NCBI GenBank assembly: GCA_963677495.2 | Contig: CAXXOU010000002.1 | Coordinates: forward strand, 288,001-352,000 | DNA length: 64,000 nt | Reading direction: 5' to 3' | Source of the DNA: Candidatus Cloacimonadales bacterium | GTDB lineage: Bacteria; Cloacimonadota; Cloacimonadia; Cloacimonadales; JAFGVF01 | Shown here: one piece after another, positions 61,912-64,000 of the stretch | How positions within the stretch are numbered: the stretch's first letter is position 1 | Layout: each line of letters starts with the position of its first letter | Notes under the pieces: generated by a model | What the model was told of the DNA's origin: nothing | The model's input: only the letters and a program-made list of their open reading frames with translations | Databases searched by the model: none | Made by a program: the position numbers and the translations under genes

Positions 61912-62396
61912 GGACTTGCGTCGCAGTGATAGCGTGACGCGAGAACTGTACAATGGCGATATGTTTTGATTAGCAAGTCACACTTCGTTGCGACTCACTC
62001 CTCAAAAAGGACTTGCGTTGCAGTGATAGCGTGACGCGAGAACTGAACTTTGGCGATATGTTTTGATTAGCAAGTCACAGTTCGTTGCGACTCACTTCTC
62101 AAAAAGGACTTGCGTTGCAGCGATAGCGTGACGCGAGAACTGAACTTTAGCGATATGTTTTGATTAGCGAGTCACAGTTCGTTGCGACTCACTCCTCAAA
62201 AAGGACTTGCGTTGCAGCGATAGCGTGACGCGAGAACTGTACAATGGCGATATGTTTTGATTAGCAAGTCACACTTCGTTGCGACTCACTCCTCAAAAAG
62301 GACTTGCGTTGCAGCGATAGCGTGACGCGAGAACTGAACTTTGGCGATATGTTTTTGATTAGCGAGTCACACTTCGTTGCGACTCACTTCTCAAAA
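61912..62396. repeat. Tandem array of five 97-bp units (inverted REP doublets, BIME-like)
   Basis: Units start at 61912, 62009, 62106, 62203, 62300 (GGACTTGCG...CTCAAAA); near-identical. Confidence 0.95.
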
Positions 62397-62414
62397 GAAA
62401 GGAGGAATGCTGTT

Positions 62415-62978
62415 ATGAGATGTCATAAAGAAGAGTTCATCGAAGGGGCTACTTTTCATTTGTACAATAGAGCACCAGATGATACTGAGTTATTTAAGCA
62501 TGATGATGATTATGAATACTTTTTGCAAAAATTGAGTAAGAATATTATAAAATATGGTTGTGATGTGAATGCATATTGTTTGATGCCAAATCATTTTCAC
62601 TTTTGTATGACGCAAAGATCAGAGAAACCATTGTATAGAGTTTTGAATGACAGCTTTACATCATATGCACTGTATTTTAATCATAAATATGCTCGGAAAG
62701 GGCATATCTTCCAAGGAAAGCTGCAACACAAAAGAGTTATTGAGGATAGATACGTATATGAGTTATGTAGATATATTCACCTGAATCCCGTTAGAGCTGG
62801 GTTAGTAAAAGCACCAGAGGAATGGAAGTATTCAAACTATTATAATTTAGTTAAAGGAAAAGCATCTATGTTATTATCACAAAACTTCATTGACTTAGTT
62901 AATGAAGGATTTGATAGTTATGCTGAGTTTGTTAATGATTATGTAAAAGATGAAGAAGAACAACGAAGGTTTTTTTGA
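62415..62978 (+). CDS. REP-associated HUH/Y1 tyrosine transposase (RAYT, IS200-like)
   Basis: FHLYNR, AYCLMPNHFH (HUH), GHIFQ, RYIHLNPVRAGL (catalytic Tyr), W.YS; AAGGAGG RBS before ATG 62415. Confidence 0.92.
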   Translation: MRCHKEEFIEGATFHLYNRAPDDTELFKHDDDYEYFLQKLSKNIIKYGCDVNAYCLMPNHFHFCMTQRSEKPLYRVLNDSFTSYALYFNHKYARKGHIFQGKLQHKRVIEDRYVYELCRYIHLNPVRAGLVKAPEEWKYSNYYNLVKGKASMLLSQNFIDLVNEGFDSYAEFVNDYVKDEEEQRRFF

Positions 62979-63115
62979 TTAGCGAGTCACACTTCGTTGC
63001 GACTCACTTTTCAAAAAGGACTTGCGTTGCAGCGATAGCGTGACGCGAGAACTGAACTTTAGCGATATGTTTTTGTTTAGCGAGTCACACTTCGTTGCGA
63101 CTCACTTCTCAAAAA
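62969..63115. repeat. 1.5 further units of the 97-bp REP doublet downstream of the RAYT
   Basis: Half unit 62969-63017 (contains the RAYT stop codon) plus full unit 63018-63115. Confidence 0.93.
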
Positions 63116-63129
63116 TGAAGGAGGAAACA

Positions 63130-63546
63130 ATGAACAAGACAGAGATATTAAGTCTATTCGAACCAATGCAGAGATGCTGGTTAGCAACTTATGATGGAGA
63201 GTATCCCCGAGTAAGACCGATGATACTTACTTTTTGTGATAACAGATTCTGGTTAGCGTCAGGGATAGAAGACGCCAAGACTGAGCAAATAAAGAATCAT
63301 CCTAATGTTGCAGTTAGTGTGTCACTTAGGCAAGATGGGGAAGAGTGTTATTTAAGAATAAAAGGTAAAGCTCATTACTCAAATGCACCGGAAGAACGTG
63401 AGATGGTTTGGAATGTAGCCAAGTATATTGCCGGTTACTTTGACAAACCTGACCACCCGGGTTTTGGACTAATAGAAGTGATGCCTGATACTGTGCATTT
63501 TATGGCACCCGGTAGTAATATTGATGAACCTATAGATTGGAAGTAA
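63130..63546 (+). CDS. Pyridoxamine 5'-phosphate oxidase family (split-barrel FMN-binding) protein
   Basis: LATYDG.YPRVRPM, K..QIK..PNV, LRIKGKA; GGAGG RBS. Confidence 0.88.
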   Translation: MNKTEILSLFEPMQRCWLATYDGEYPRVRPMILTFCDNRFWLASGIEDAKTEQIKNHPNVAVSVSLRQDGEECYLRIKGKAHYSNAPEEREMVWNVAKYIAGYFDKPDHPGFGLIEVMPDTVHFMAPGSNIDEPIDWK

Positions 63547-63553
63547 AATAATG

Positions 63554-63578
63554 AAGGCTGTTGTAAATCAACAGCCTT
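63554..63578. terminator. Terminator hairpin between convergent genes
   Basis: AAGGCTGTTG / CAACAGCCTT. Confidence 0.7.
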
Positions 63579-63584
63579 AAATCT

Positions 63585-64000
63585 TTATCTGATAAAGTTA
63601 GTCATTATTTTCTTCTCAGGCTCCGGACGCTTTACTGTGTCCTTTGTCTGCTCTATCATCTGCATAATCCAAGCCATGTTCTTACCTAAAACTCTCATTA
63701 TTTGCTTACCCTCTTCATCTTTCTCAGCGTCACCGGGCATTGTACCATGGATAACGTTCCAGTAATTTGAATTAGGCATAACCATTTCAGAGTAGTTGAT
63801 GTAAGTATTCATTTGATGGAAGGAAGGTAATCCACCGGAACGTCTTACTGCTGTAACTGAAGCCCCGACTTTATTTCTAAATAGACTGCCATTTGCTCCT
63901 GCAACATAGAAAACACGGTCTAAAAATGACTTCATTGTTCCATTCATTCCGGCCCAATATACAGGAGAAGCGAAAAGCAGGCCATCTGCATCTTTCATCT
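63585..64000 (-). CDS. Flavodoxin/iron-sulfur flavoprotein family (NADPH-dependent FMN reductase-like); 5'-truncated
   Basis: ADGLLFASPVYW, KSFLDR, RRSGG, DEEG...LGKNMAW. Confidence 0.88.
   Translation of the reverse strand, partial: MKDADGLLFASPVYWAGMNGTMKSFLDRVFYVAGANGSLFRNKVGASVTAVRRSGGLPSFHQMNTYINYSEMVMPNSNYWNVIHGTMPGDAEKDEEGKQIMRVLGKNMAWIMQMIEQTKDTVKRPEPEKKIMTNFIR

Noticed and set aside
61912..62396. 97-bp array as a CRISPR array
   Set aside because: There are no unique spacers: the variable segment has only 2-3 recurring variants (GTACAATG/GAACTTTG/GAACTTTA), and no cas genes are present.
62304..62414. N-terminal extensions MRCSDSVTRELNF... on the RAYT and on the ORF at 63022
   Set aside because: These are translations of the repeat unit from a TTG; both genes have strong RBS-ATG starts downstream (62415, 63130).

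Overview
Low-GC bacterial chromosome segment. It is most consistent with Candidatus Cloacimonadota or another FCB-group anaerobe; this is an inference from the many secreted proteins with FlgD/T9SS-like C-terminal domains, a gingipain-like C25 protein and FTCD. Housekeeping blocks are rimP-nusA-ylxR-L7Ae-infB-rbfA-DHH-truB-ribF-yhaM-MBL, panD-panC, cmk-ispH-rpsA, asnS, pyrE-pdxA-rnhB and rpmE-DUF1385-prfA-CNNM-ftcd-aroK/udk. The accessory content has four parts. (1) A type I restriction-modification locus is followed directly by an HATPase / STAS-like / PIN triad that looks like a defence module. (2) An intact IS110 element has ends, a circle-junction promoter, donor and target sites and bridge-RNA guide segments that can all be read from the sequence; it is inserted into an 11-bp-periodic inverted repeat. 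(3) A REP-associated HUH tyrosine transposase (RAYT) sits inside a 97-bp tandem array of inverted REP doublets, and related REP units are dispersed across the window. (4) Several long intergenic regions are mosaics of multiple palindromic repeat families, including a 340-bp element present twice in inverted orientation. No rRNA, tRNA or CRISPR array was recognised. Product calls rest on motif recognition only, with no database search.
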